Source: Schizochytrium sp. TIO01 (lineage: Eukaryota > Protista > Bigyra: Labyrinthulomycetes). From it: a stretch of 64,000 bases of DNA. Shown in pieces: positions 10,629 to 22,756 of the stretch (the first letter of the stretch is position 1; each line of letters starts with the position of its first letter). The DNA lies in the NCBI GenBank assembly GCA_004764695.1, contig SMSO01000004.1:1922001-1986000 (forward strand), given 5' to 3'. The notes under the pieces are model-generated. The model was not told where the DNA came from and searched no databases. It saw nothing but the letters and a program-made list of their open reading frames with translations. The position numbers and the translations under genes are program-made.

Positions 10629-11231
10629 GGTTTAAAAGGAGCATATCACAATTCTATCCTAACACTAAAGAGAAACAGGCAGCACCCAAGAAATGCTCTC
10701 ATTCTTACCTACCTATAGACCTGTAAATTAATGTTTGGCTTACATCATTAGAGAGGTTCTAGGTATTGTTTCCAAGTATCGCACGGGAGCAATCTTGAAC
10801 TTATTTGATGATCATTTGATTTGATTTGCTCCCTGAACTTTCTTCCTCGTACTCCTTACTTTGCGTGAAATCTTCCTGGATCCATTTTTAAAAGGAAAAT
10901 CCTCAGGAAGAGAGCCATACTTCAACACTCTTATTTCAACTTTAATTTGAAAGATATTAGGATCTTGTAGCCATAAAAATCATCGCCATCCATTCATCGT
11001 ATATTTTGTTTGCATTTTGTTTGTTCAGGAAGGGTTTATGTTTCCAAAGATTTAAGACTTCTTCAGGTACTTGATCCAGCTAGCTTGAACATATCGATTC
11101 TTAAAAAACATATCTACTCTTTAGGAAACAAAGAAGAAACCAGCAAGTCTTAAGACCGTGTCTCCAAGGGCGGCAAACCCTTTGAGCTGGTAATGCGACA
11201 TGCTAGTGAACAAAGAAGACTTATGGTTCGA

Positions 11232-12446
11232 TTATGGGGAGAGTGCTTGGTGAATGGGCCAGAACGAGGGCATTGGAACCGAACGAGGGCGAATAGAACG
11301 CACAGCTGGCATAGGCGATGATAAGCCTTTCGCGCGATAGCTTTCATCTCCGTCTGAATCTAAGTCCCGGTCTGATGGAATGCGATCATCATCTTGATTA
11401 CGGCTACGTGGTAAACGAGCCAACGACATGTCCATTGGAGGAATTGGAGAGGCATAGTCTTTTTCTCGAGAAACAATATCTCTTCCAGAAACCATAGTTA
11501 TGGATCGCGAGTCCTCACAATCCAAGAGTCCAAAACCATATGCTTCGCTTGCGGGAGCTGTTGCTGTGGCGAAGTTGTAATTGCTCAACAAGGAAGGATA
11601 CGATTCTTCTTGCATCTGCGTAAATGCCGAAGATGAAGTTTGCATTGTTTTAGGGCGAGGTGGCAGTTCAAAAGATGGAACTTGTAGGGTGCTAGGCGAG
11701 GCTCTACCTTTGAGCTGAGCCCGACGTGATCTTCGCGAGGATATTGCTTGGCAAGGTAGTACGTAAGAACTTCTCGGACGCATCATTTCGTCAAAAGTCT
11801 TTGTCTTGGTAGCCAAGAGACCTTCGAAATGCTCCTTGCGACGCTGGAGTCGCTCTACAGTAGAAGGTCTTGATTCATGCTCATACATACCCTTTTCTGC
11901 AATGTCAAGGATTCCTTTGCGATGCTTAACTTGAAGTTTGCGCAAATCTTCAAGGCGGCGCTCAGTCGCTTTCAAATGTGCGGTCTCCGCAAAAACTGTC
12001 ATATCCTCAGTTGTTTTTCTTCTTGCATCAAAGGTTCCCTCTGGGGCAGCGTCGTAAGTCCCAGGCCCTGGGATCTTAGCATCAGTACCTCGTCCCCACC
12101 CATCAATCGGTGTACGCCCAGCTCCAAAGGTTGAACGTGGCCACTTTACATATTCCTTTTGTTTAGCCTTGATACGTTCCTGATTTCTCATTTCTTTCAT
12201 GGTCATTCGTGCTAGACGAATCGGAGATTTGGACATTTCTAATTTCCTCATTGTTTGTTGAGGTTCTAGCTCTGACACATGAAGGGGCATTTGTAAAGGG
12301 TTCTCCGTGCGGCGGATTTGAAGAGGATTGGTTTCGGGCATAACACCAAAATCTGACAGTTGCGCGAGATTGTAGTTGCCTGGACCCGGTTTAAACCGCG
12401 CTTCTTTTATGTCTACATCAGGTTTCATCCATGGTGCTGCCTGCAT
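11232..12446 (-). CDS. STPG/ODF3-like PGPG-repeat protein (probable flagellar microtubule-associated protein)
   Basis: 404-aa ORF with two sperm-tail PG-rich-type motifs (KPGPGNYN; STFG...IPGPGTYD). The remainder is low complexity. Confidence 0.65.
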   Translation of the reverse strand: MQAAPWMKPDVDIKEARFKPGPGNYNLAQLSDFGVMPETNPLQIRRTENPLQMPLHVSELEPQQTMRKLEMSKSPIRLARMTMKEMRNQERIKAKQKEYVKWPRSTFGAGRTPIDGWGRGTDAKIPGPGTYDAAPEGTFDARRKTTEDMTVFAETAHLKATERRLEDLRKLQVKHRKGILDIAEKGMYEHESRPSTVERLQRRKEHFEGLLATKTKTFDEMMRPRSSYVLPCQAISSRRSRRAQLKGRASPSTLQVPSFELPPRPKTMQTSSSAFTQMQEESYPSLLSNYNFATATAPASEAYGFGLLDCEDSRSITMVSGRDIVSREKDYASPIPPMDMSLARLPRSRNQDDDRIPSDRDLDSDGDESYRAKGLSSPMPAVRSIRPRSVPMPSFWPIHQALSP

Positions 12447-12480
12447 TTTTGGTTTTTGCTATTTCGCGGCCACCGGCTAC

Positions 12481-12518
12481 CTGTTTTAAGAGGCACGTGC
12501 ACGAACCCGATTGCTTAC
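12481..12518 (-). other. Putative 38-nt 5'UTR intron of the STPG-like gene
   Basis: Minus strand reads AG|GTAAGC...CTCTTAAAACAG|G, ending 34 nt before the ATG at 12446. Confidence 0.4.
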
Positions 12519-12602
12519 CTGTCGGCTAAGTTTACGAGTCAGCTTTGATAGGAAAAGAATAGTTAAATGCGCTGCGAGCTACTTGGATGTGAACGGGGTT
12601 TG

Positions 12603-12626
12603 GTCAGATTGTCAGATTGTCAGATT
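12603..12626. repeat. (GTCAGATT)x3 tandem repeat upstream of the STPG-like gene
   Basis: Three perfect 8-bp copies read directly. Confidence 0.9.
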
Positions 12627-15480
12627 GATCAAGTGTTGACTTTTCACAGACAACTTTGCTGCATTCACTAAATTTAAAAAGGAAAACACGTTTCTTCCTC
12701 TTTCCTTGTGTGTTGCGTCTTGGGGGCAGCTTTGGTGCTCTATTTTGCGCCCGTCTGCCCGCACGTCTCTCTCTTCAAAGTAGAGTTGCCTTTATGATGC
12801 CAATTTCTTATTGTTTATCTTGTTTGTTTTCTGCAAGCGTGATGCACCGGACTCTTGATGGTAGGTAGCACGTGTCTTAATTTGTTAACTTTCAAGTATT
12901 TGAAACGAGAATCACACCAAGCGATGGTGTCTTGCTTACTATTTACTTTTTGTACTAAGCCTACTTGCCACAGCACTGGTTGAGGCAAAGCAGATGAGCA
13001 GTAATTTTGCGCGCTTTATAGTGCGATTCAAAGTAGATTGACACTTGAAATAATGATAATGGAAGGGGAGTCCGCTTCTGTAGAGACACTATTGCAAATA
13101 GCTGTTGCAAGAGCTCACAACGATCCGCCCATTCCTCTATCTATGTACTGTCTCTAAGGTTTGGTTTGTTCATGCAGTCAGGCAAGTTCCATTCTCAGAT
13201 CATCTTTGCACATCATGTACACACCTCAAATGCATTCATTCGTTCTTCAAAATGTTGAACAATTTTGGAATTTGCACGACTTGTAAATAGCTTGCTAAGG
13301 GTATGCATCAAGATTGGCTGGCCATTGATCACGCTAGTGCTGACCAAGTAACTGTAGCTTCAGACCGAGGTTTTTGCAGTGAGTATGTATTTAGGTTTTA
13401 TACTTTTTTTGTTTTCTTTTCATTTTGTAGATCAGTAATATAATCATTTAGCATTCCTGATTTATGGTTTTCCGAAAAGAATAGCACTCTGGTGAAGCTG
13501 GCCCTGATTTTTAATTTTCCATGCAGGTTTGCCTCCTACTTGGATATGCCTCAGCTGGTCCATGTCTTTCCCCAAAGTTTCCAAATCCATTCGCACTCCT
13601 TCCTCACTGAATCATCATAAATTCGAAGGATCTTACCAAAAAATTGATATATACCATCACCTAGTTTATGGCAGAAACTGAGATCCGCAAGAGTCTGAAC
13701 GTGCTACGACCTGGTGTTCTTGCGTCTCTTCACTTCTTTAAATTTAACTCACCCATTTCCTCCAGCTAGAGTTTCTTGAACATGCATTAAAGTAATCAGC
13801 CAATTTCACATGCCCCCAAACAGACACCTGATTTCCTTCAAGTTTTCCCACCGGAACTTTGTCGCCTCCGTGCGGCCTGCGCTCTCTGTTGTTCTCCTAC
13901 TTCTAATTACTACCATTATCTACATCGATCCTAGCGCTTCCTTGTCATATAACGCCCTTTTCTATCGCCATCGTTACCAAAGCATATCATTATTGTATCC
14001 TGCTCAATCCAGCAGTATAGCCCCTCAAGGGATATCGTAACCAAATGATAACGATTGCAGCTGCTGTCTATTCCTTCTCGATCACCGCTTCGAGCCAGGT
14101 GCCTATACAGAGGTTATGTAGTCTTAGCAGTGCTGCTGCTAATGCTGGCTTATAAAAAGAGAGCACAATAAAAATCTATGGAAATGCAGGCTATCGCGTA
14201 CATAGATAGATAGATAGATAGATAGGGCAATGCGTAATTAATTAGTTAATTAATTAATTGGAAAGAAGAACAGAAGGTACCGACTCGTTACGATGATTCT
14301 TTGAGCAGATCGTCTGAGTAGGGCCTATAGTGCCGGCTTCGAAGCACATTGAGTATTATAGGCCTACATCGATGCTTCATACATACATACATACGAACTA
14401 ATTTCTTTCTTCTTTGCTCACTGCTTTCACTTCGAGTGTTCGTTCTCTTTAAAGTTAGTTAATAAGAACACGGCTAGTACCTCTGCCTTGTGGAAAACAC
14501 CGTTCGCAGACCAAACCTCGAAGCTCTTCTCACTCCGTCATGGCATCGACAATGCTGTTGTGGTGGTCCTCTTCCCTTCTCCAAAGGAGATCTCGCTGGA
14601 GCCAGAGCAGCAGGGATGCTTCGTGAGGAAACGCAGCCAAAGTCAGTAAGTAAGTCATTGGTTGATTCATACGACAAAACCTCATGAAGAGCCCTAGCCC
14701 CGCCTATTGCACTCTTACTGTGTATTACCCTGTATCCCATTGGCACATTCGCTCCAAGATCACTCACTCCAAACGATACAGCCGAGCTCGCCTTAAACCG
14801 GTGCTCGAGGCTATCGATGAACCGCGAGAAGTCCTTCTGCCAGCCCTGATCCCCAATGCATAATGCCAACTTTCATCGAAGCGACCGCACTGGAATAGCA
14901 ATAATCGGTCACGAATTCCTCATCTGCTCCAAATTGAAGCACAAGCTGATGATCATTGACGATGAAAAGACCATTCTCTCCTTATTATTGTTATTATCAT
15001 TATTATTATGACGCAGCATAATATTCTTTTTACTTTCAACAAAGTCTTTTTCTTCTTCTTCTTTCCTTAATTTCTTCTTTCTCCTTCTCTCATATTCGCT
15101 CCTCGTAAAGAGGCGCTGAGGGCCTCTTAGCTTTAGCGCTATGCGGTCCCTAGCGATATCATATCTGGCATTGTTACCCACTCATAACGTTCTTCTTCTC
15201 CTTCTTTTGTTTCATTTCATTTCATTTCATTTCATTTCTGTGCCTATGCGGTCTTAGGTGTTTGCTAGGGCTTTGGTATCTCTTGTTATCTCTTATCATT
15301 TCTTGTTTGTTGTTACTGTCTCTCTTTGTTTGTATTGTTTGTATTGATTGAGGAGTGAGTGAGTGAGTGAGTGTCTGTCTGTCATAACTCCCTGCCAGGG
15401 CCTCGTTCCGCAGCGCCTGTGCCACCGCCGCGCAAGGGGCCTCGCTTCCTTCTCTTCCTCTTCCTTGATCGTTTTGAATT

Positions 15481-16929
15481 ATGCGTCGCTCCCTTCCCAT
15501 CACGCGCCTTCCGGCGTCGCTGCCTTCGCTGGCGTCGCCTGCATCATCAACTTCTTCTCAGGCATCGCCGCTCTCTGCGCTGCCTTTCTCTGCTCTGCGC
15601 GCCTCGCACGGGCTCTCTGGCGGAGCCTTTGCTTCTCAGCTTAACGCTTCTCGCGGCATTGCTTCTTTCGCCTCCGGTAACCTCACGCGTGGCGCCTCTC
15701 TCTCTGCGAGCTCTCCTGTGTCTATGAGTTCTGTGACGCCTACGTCGACAGCTTCGGGGACGTGGAATAGTGCTCCTGGATCTCCCAATTACGTGAATAT
15801 CTCGAAGTCAAACTGCGGAGCGGGTGCTAGTTTTGGTGGAGGCCGTGGAGGGTCTGCGGTAGCGGTGTTTTCTCAGCAGAGGCAACTGCATTCTTCGGTA
15901 CCAGTCTCGGCGCCGTATGGGCAGCAGCAAGCGGGTTTCCCGTCTAGCAAAAAGCCTCTGCCGATCAACTTGGGCGTGCGGATTGTTCCTCAGCAGAGTG
16001 CATGGGTTGTGGAGAGGTTTGGTAAATTTCACAAGATCCTGGAGCCTGGCCTGCACTTTCTGATTCCCGTTGTCGACCGTATTGCGTATGTGCACTCGCT
16101 TAAGGAGGAGGCCTTCCCCATTCCGAATCAGCAGGCCATTACTAAGGATAACGTAACCATTAGTATTGACGGAGTGCTCTACGTCAAGGTGGTTTCGCCC
16201 TACGATGCGTCTTACGGTGTGGAGGATGCTATCTTCGCCGTGGTGCAGTTGGCTCAGACCACCATGCGTTCGGAGCTCGGTAAGATCACGCTCGATAAGA
16301 CCTTTGAGGAGCGCGAGAACCTTAACAGATCCATTGTCAACGCTATCAACGAAGCAGCACTTTCTTGGGGTGTCCAGTGTCTCCGTTACGAGATTCGTGA
16401 TATTGCGCCTCCTCCCAGTGTGCGCCAGTCAATGGATATGCAGGCCGAGGCTGAACGTCGCAAGCGTGCTGAGATTCTTCAGTCTGAAGGTGACCGTCAG
16501 GCTCAGGTGAACGAGGCCGAGGGCCACAAGCAGGCTGTGATCATGAAGGCCGAGGCCGAGGCACAAAAGATCACGCTCCGTGCAGAGGCCACTGCCCAGG
16601 GACTGAAGATCATCTCCGAGGCCCTGCAGAAGCCTGGTGGCATGGATGCCACTGCACTTCGCATCGCTGAGCAGTACTTGGATGCCTTCGGAAACCTCGC
16701 CAAAACCACCAACAGTGTAGTTTTGCCCGCTAACGTCGGAGACCCGGCGGGTATGGTGGCTCAGGCCATGAGTGTGTTTTCTACACTCACCAAGACACAG
16801 GAGGAGCTCCGTGCAAAGGACCAGAGGGGATCTTCAATGGCTCGTACTGGATCAAGAGCTCCCGAAGACCACCACCATGATGGATCATCATCCTCTGCGG
16901 GTGATATTAAGTCCATTCGCGACCTCTAA
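15481..16929 (+). CDS. STOML2: Stomatin-like protein 2 (mitochondrial SPFH/Band 7 protein)
   Basis: [79 protein letters not shown] and the Band_7_C tail. Ser/Ala/Arg-rich presequence. Confidence 0.95.
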   Translation: MRRSLPITRLPASLPSLASPASSTSSQASPLSALPFSALRASHGLSGGAFASQLNASRGIASFASGNLTRGASLSASSPVSMSSVTPTSTASGTWNSAPGSPNYVNISKSNCGAGASFGGGRGGSAVAVFSQQRQLHSSVPVSAPYGQQQAGFPSSKKPLPINLGVRIVPQQSAWVVERFGKFHKILEPGLHFLIPVVDRIAYVHSLKEEAFPIPNQQAITKDNVTISIDGVLYVKVVSPYDASYGVEDAIFAVVQLAQTTMRSELGKITLDKTFEERENLNRSIVNAINEAALSWGVQCLRYEIRDIAPPPSVRQSMDMQAEAERRKRAEILQSEGDRQAQVNEAEGHKQAVIMKAEAEAQKITLRAEATAQGLKIISEALQKPGGMDATALRIAEQYLDAFGNLAKTTNSVVLPANVGDPAGMVAQAMSVFSTLTKTQEELRAKDQRGSSMARTGSRAPEDHHHDGSSSSAGDIKSIRDL

Positions 16930-18629
16930 GTAAACGTAAACAAATTACCGAAGTGATATAACGAGTTTTTGCAAAATTGACTGTTCGCTAGTTTCCTTCT
17001 TTTTTTTTTTAAAGGTGGGGGAGGGAAAGGAGGGGTGGGTGGGTGGTGGTTAGTCATACTTTGGTTGAGTTTTTTTCAACTGATTGTCATTTCCTTTACT
17101 TTGCACCGCGCCGCACTTCGTTTCATTTTATTTCGTTTCGCTTCTTTACTTAGAGATACATCCATGCAAAATAGCCCAAATTAAATCATGACATCGCAAG
17201 GTAAACCAAAAAGAAAGATTTTGACAATCTCAATCTCATCCTCATGATGTGGCGATCTTGTGCTTTGCTATATTCATTTTATTTTTCAAACGAATACCTA
17301 ATGAATACAGAATACTGCTGGAGTGCTCAATTGTTATGAGAAGGCACACTTCTCTTCTTGAATAAGAACCTAGACCGCCTGCATAGTCCAGTTAATAGAC
17401 AAAGACATTTTGTATACTGTGTTACCCTTAAACCGTCTGTGTTAAAATAAAGCAGGAGCACAACAACACTTCTTAGAGGAGTGAGAAAGATGCAAAACAT
17501 CAACAGTCAATTTGATAGCTTCATGAACGTGGAAGTTCTTTCAAATCTTTCTGATACTCTGCATTGAGTAATTCTCACGAACCTAAGTATTGATCTTGCG
17601 CAGGAATACAAACAATGACCAACATAGTCAATGTATTAAGAATGAGGTTATTCGGCTGCAATTATGTCCTAAGCATGAGTCCGAATCCCGCATGACTTTG
17701 ATCATATTGTAGCTATTTTTTGTCTACTCAGATGTTGCATTTCACTAGTTTGTCTGCGTGAGGAATAATATATGATAATATTCTTTTACGTGAATCACAG
17801 CAGGATCTCGCGTTCACAGAACACGTGTACGAAGCTAAGATAGTGTCCCGAGCTCAAGTTGCACCTTGTCAAGGGAGTCGGAGAGGTTACATTGTGTTTA
17901 GTTTACTTGGTAGTGATTGTCTACATTATGATCTCAAGCTACTTGCAGCGATGCGCTTCAGTAGTTTTAGAGGAAGACAATGCCGAGTTAATGATTACAC
18001 TCAGTATAACCATAACCTATCCCACTCATAATTAGTCTCCACCACTCAGAATCCCAGATCCTCAAATTGCCGTTCGATGCCAAGTATTCGCGAGCCCACC
18101 TGAAGCAGTTATGTTCGTGTACAATGACAAAGTTATCCAGTTCTGCAAGTTCTTACTCAAGGCACTATGCTTCCTTAACTAAGTCCTACTTGGGACCTTG
18201 AGATTCCTCCCTTGCTTCATCCCTTCAATATCTTCATTCAAAGCTCAAATGGTGCTCTGCTCCATGCAACCTAGCCTACGTGCTAACTGTAGTTCAAAGT
18301 ATACGCTGCCATCTCCACATCGCCACTATTGACGCATCAATAGCCGCACAAGACCTCAACATCCATCATTCTGCGCAACCTTTTTTCTACCACTCTTGGC
18401 CTCGATATTATATTTGTAAATGAGCTTTTTTTGACAAAGCAATTGAATTTCAACAATCGAGCAGCCATCCAAATTAAAGAACACATAAACTCAATCGCGA
18501 GCTTCCGCGAGGAATTCGAATACCTCGAGGCCCCCCTACGTGGCAGACGACGCTCGCACTCGTGAAGAAGCACACGCTTCAAGAGCATCTGCGGAGAACC
18601 AAGGAGGAGTAGAAGGTCCGCATAGGAAA

Positions 18630-19838
18630 ATGAAGGCAAGCGGCGCCCGCAAGAGTGGCCGCAAGGGCGGTCATGGCGGTGGCGGTGGCGGCGGTGCTGG
18701 CGGGAGCTCTCGAGGACGTCGTCGCGGTGGAGGTGGTGCTAGCGGTGGCTGGCGTGCTCAGCAGAAGGAACGTGATGCCCAGAAAGAACGTGGTTTTCCG
18801 ATCAAACTGTGCATGTGGGATTTTGAACAGTGCGATGCGAAGCGATGCACTGGCCGCAAGCTCGCTCGGCAAGGCTATTTGCGCACGCTCAAGGTGGGTG
18901 CTAGTTTCCAGGGCGTAGTGCTCTCACCGCTTGGTACACAGTGCATTTCCCCGGAGGACCGGGAGCTCCTTGCCGCCCATGGGTCCTCTGCCATTGACTG
19001 CTCGTGGGCCCGTCTCGAGGAGGTTCCGTTCACGCGCCTCAAGGGCCACCACAGACTCCTTCCCTTCCTTGTCGCAGCTAACCCCGTCAACTACGGTCGC
19101 CCAGGAAAGCTTACCTGTGCAGAGGCGCTCTCTGCCACACTCTACATCACCGGCTTTAAGCAGGAGGCTGAGGACCTTTTGCAGGACTTCGGCTGGGGCA
19201 GCGAATTCATTAGACTGAATTTGGACCTTTTGGAGAAATACAGCTCGTGCGAGACTGCGGAAGAGGTAGTTCGTGTGCAGAATGAGTTCTTACGGATGCA
19301 AGAGAAGGCAGTTGAGGAAAATAGGGCTCGAGGAATGGACCTTCCGCCTATGGAGTCGTCATCCGACGAGGATGAAGATGAAGATGAAGATGAAGACGAA
19401 GATGAGGACGAAGACGAAGATGGGCAGCAGTATGAAGATGATGATGCTAGTGAAGATCAAAGTGATGATGGGGACGATAGCGATGGTGACGATAATAATG
19501 ATGAAGATGGAGACCAGGGAGAAGCAGCAAAGGTGGAAGGCAACCCGCCTGCAGCTCCGGTGGAACAGGAGGTGACCCAGACAGATCAATTAAACCGCAG
19601 GCTGTTGTCTGCCTTTGCGGAGCAGATTGACAAATTCGGACTCGACCCAAAGTTTCAGGTAGAAGGCACTGATAGCTTTGATGAGGACTCAGAAGAGGAA
19701 GCTGATGCGACAGGAAGCTCATCATTTGATTACAGTGCTGCACTTGCCAAGATGGGCATCCAGCAGCAGAAACAGGACCAAGAGGATCAACAGCAGGATC
19801 AGCAACACAAAGATGATCAACAGGAGGCGACTAAATAA
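18630..19838 (+). CDS. TSR3: 18S rRNA aminocarboxypropyltransferase Tsr3 with Gly/Arg-rich N-terminus and acidic C-tail
   Basis: MWDFEQCDAKRCTGRKL, LSP, IDCSWA, RLLPFLVAANPVNYGRPGKLTCAEAL, FGWG. First ATG is at 18630; the track start is GTG. Confidence 0.95.
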   Translation: MKASGARKSGRKGGHGGGGGGGAGGSSRGRRRGGGGASGGWRAQQKERDAQKERGFPIKLCMWDFEQCDAKRCTGRKLARQGYLRTLKVGASFQGVVLSPLGTQCISPEDRELLAAHGSSAIDCSWARLEEVPFTRLKGHHRLLPFLVAANPVNYGRPGKLTCAEALSATLYITGFKQEAEDLLQDFGWGSEFIRLNLDLLEKYSSCETAEEVVRVQNEFLRMQEKAVEENRARGMDLPPMESSSDEDEDEDEDEDEDEDEDEDGQQYEDDDASEDQSDDGDDSDGDDNNDEDGDQGEAAKVEGNPPAAPVEQEVTQTDQLNRRLLSAFAEQIDKFGLDPKFQVEGTDSFDEDSEEEADATGSSSFDYSAALAKMGIQQQKQDQEDQQQDQQHKDDQQEATK

Positions 19839-20748
19839 ATAACCTACATGTGAAGACTGGTGTCTCGGAAGAGAAATGCTTGGCATGCTCGCTTTCAATG
19901 GCGAAATCTTGTTACTTAGCTGTGAATGAGGGGAATCAAAGTTCTACGGTGTAATATCTGCACTGCTGTAGTCTTTCTCCAGGAGCAGACCTGGCGCTCA
20001 ACTGAGCCATATTGAAGACTGAACTTTGAAGGTATCAGTTGATGGAATGCTGACCGGTCATCGACTTGTACCAAGTGTGGAGACCACCTTTTCTTGTATC
20101 TGTCCCTCATTATATCAAACCCTTCTAGTATCTTTCGTCCTTCTAGATTTCCCGATTAAAGAAAATCTAAGTGATGCTAACCGATGCTAATAGGGAGGCT
20201 CTCTTGCATTCTCCCAGGTATTAATTCACAAACACGAGACCTTTCTATAAAGCCTCTATCGCATTTATGCTTAGAAATGACGTACACTGGCGGCGCAACC
20301 TGCCTTCTATTATATTTTGAAGAAGAGTGGACTTTTAAATATCAAATATGTAAAACAATTCAATTGCATCCATTCCCCGCCATTTTTTTTGTTTTCGTGT
20401 TGTAAACTCTGTTTAAGTTGTATATGCTACACTGTAGACCATCCTGGCGGGAGAGAGAGTAATTGCATAATGGAACAGGAGAGGCAAAGAGTCACATGGT
20501 GAACAAAGCAAAAAAGGAGGGAAAGATAGGGCGAAAATTATTATTGCGTGGTAGATTTGATGGGATATGATCAAATCTTTTTCAGTGCTATGAAAACATA
20601 TGTTAAAGAAAGGAAAGGTACGCAAACTAAACTGCAAACCATTCTGCTATTGTTTCGGTCTCCATGCAATCTCAATAGAAACAAGATCTCTACTTTTCAT
20701 GTGCGACGACTTTCTTGTTTGACTATTGACCTCTGTGCAGGTATCCTT

Positions 20749-20761
20749 GTATGTATGTGTG

Positions 20762-20790
<29 letters not shown>
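20749..20790. repeat. (TATG)n microsatellite in the PP2C 3' region
   Basis: About 10 near-perfect units read directly. Confidence 0.9.
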
Positions 20791-20792
<2 letters not shown>

Positions 20793-20810
20793 TCTTCAAA
20801 AAATCTGGTT

Positions 20811-21968
20811 TTACTTTGGCTCAATGTGCAGAACAACACACGAAGCATCATCGCTAGCACCATGGGTAGCAGCCTTACACAGCAGTCCAGCAGATTGGTG
20901 AAAGGAGCCCGGGTGCGAACGGAGGTTCTTGATGACAATATCAAGAGCTCTTTTGTTGGACATTGCGTCCCATACACCATCAGTAGCAAGAATCATGACC
21001 ATGGGCTCACGAACTGGTACGATCACAATCTGTGGCACAGCAGTGACAATGTCCGGTCCAATGGCGTTTTTAATGTCCCAGTCACCAAACGTACGAGAAG
21101 GGCTCAGAGCAGCAACACGACCATGTTCAATAACACCCCCGGCTTCAAGTACGCGGATGCGTTCCTCGCTTGAAGTGGTCACACGGTGGTCCTCTGTAGC
21201 CTGAATTGTATGACGCCGTTTGTGGATCAGTGAATGGGACTTCAGGTGAACGTTACGGTAGACAGCGCGGCAATCGCCGCAGTATGCAATGACACAAACG
21301 GAGCCATAAATAACGGTAAACATGGCACATGCACCGCTGGTATCACCAGTGCGCTCACAAATCTCCTTGAATTCACTCTCTAAAGCAGCGCATGTTTCTT
21401 TAAGTGCATCATGGACACCCTCAATTACCTCGGTGAGTTCTAAGTCAGCTGCATTGTGCACATGGACACGTTCTTCGCTAGACTCAGACTCTTCCTCCTC
21501 CTCGCCGAGTTCGACACCTGCCAGGTCAGTTTCAGTAAGCTCGTGGTGATTGCGGTGATGAGAGGCACTGGCAGAGGTATCACGCGAAGAATCTGCGCCC
21601 ATACCAGGGTGTTGAGCTCGCAGTGCTTCAAGTAATCCTCGGTCATCAAGGGCCTCACGAAGGCGCTCAAGGGCATGCCGTGCAAGAAAGTCCGCACAAA
21701 GGGACCCTCCATGGCCGTCAAAAACGGCGGCCAAACCGTGTTCGCTGTCAATTTCCACACGGTCTTCGTTGCCAACAATAAGTCCTTGGCTTACTTTAGC
21801 CACAACACTTCGCTTGCGGCCAGCGACGGATGCAGCTCCCATTTGAACTGCCGTAGGCTTTTCATGATGAACAGTGACACTACTCAACTTCGAAGCTGCG
21901 TCGCTAGCCCTGCGCATGAGACGCATGCTCTTCCTTGCAAGGCTTGATCTCCCAATTGTACGAACCAT
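20811..21968 (-). CDS. PP2C/PPM-family protein phosphatase
   Basis: NEDR, AVFDGHGG, SGAC, YCGDCRAV, EDHR, ERIRVLEAGG, SRTFGD, ILATDGVWD, SDDASCVVL. First ATG is at 21968 (MVRTIG). Confidence 0.93.
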   Translation of the reverse strand: MVRTIGRSSLARKSMRLMRRASDAASKLSSVTVHHEKPTAVQMGAASVAGRKRSVVAKVSQGLIVGNEDRVEIDSEHGLAAVFDGHGGSLCADFLARHALERLREALDDRGLLEALRAQHPGMGADSSRDTSASASHHRNHHELTETDLAGVELGEEEEESESSEERVHVHNAADLELTEVIEGVHDALKETCAALESEFKEICERTGDTSGACAMFTVIYGSVCVIAYCGDCRAVYRNVHLKSHSLIHKRRHTIQATEDHRVTTSSEERIRVLEAGGVIEHGRVAALSPSRTFGDWDIKNAIGPDIVTAVPQIVIVPVREPMVMILATDGVWDAMSNKRALDIVIKNLRSHPGSFHQSAGLLCKAATHGASDDASCVVLHIEPK

Positions 21969-22729
21969 GTTTTCCACACGGGCGTAGTCTTCTGAGTTTC
22001 CTATAGGGTAATGGGATGGAATCGAATTGGATTGGACTGAAGTGAACTGCACGTGAATAAGAAATTGCCTTTGTTGTGGTCAGCACCGCCTTCGTGTAGT
22101 CAACTTTGTCAGAACCAGTACTTGCTTCCACAGATCCACCCGATTTGTTCCTGATTTCTCGTCGGAACCTTTCGTGCTTTGATCACCCAAATCTGCCGGA
22201 ATTCCTTTCCTCCTGCGGTCGCGAGATGGGTCTTTTGTTCCTGCTCTGCCGTGACAGACCGACCGCCTTAGACTGTGCTACGAGCTACACCACTCGCCTG
22301 TCCAAAAACTAACAATCCCCCAAATGCTCCAGAGCTTTCTCGACTCGATATTATCTCAAGAGAAGTCTTCAACGCCACCGCAGGCACTTCTTGTGGCAAG
22401 GACTCACAGTCCTTTCTTGAGAAGGCCTTTTATCGCGCTGCTCGAGCGAGGGAGCGCACAGCAAGGCTTTTTTCTTTGAAGACGCCCCGGTCTAAGTTCT
22501 AGTGATGATTCCCTCGCTCACTACTACCTCCGTAAGTGCTGCTCGTTAGGTCTTTGTTTCCAAGGTCGCCTCTGCGACGCTCCTTTCGACTCACGAGCCA
22601 GGCTCGATTGATGCCATGTATGTCTTTGGCTGTCGCGGGCCGCCAAGTTTCTAGTTTGCTTTCTTGTGCTCTGTTCGTCTGCGACGGCTTTTGGTGAAGA
22701 ATGGACGATTTTCTCTTTTTTCTGTTTTT

Positions 22730-22756
22730 TTCTTCTTCTTCTTCTTCTTCTTCTTC
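22730..22756. repeat. (TTC)n microsatellite
   Basis: About 9 units read directly. Confidence 0.9.

Noticed and set aside
22501-22545. Box C-like GTGATGA followed by 9 nt complementary to 18S rRNA (ACTACCTCC)
   Set aside because: The match is short and not followed by a D/D' box.
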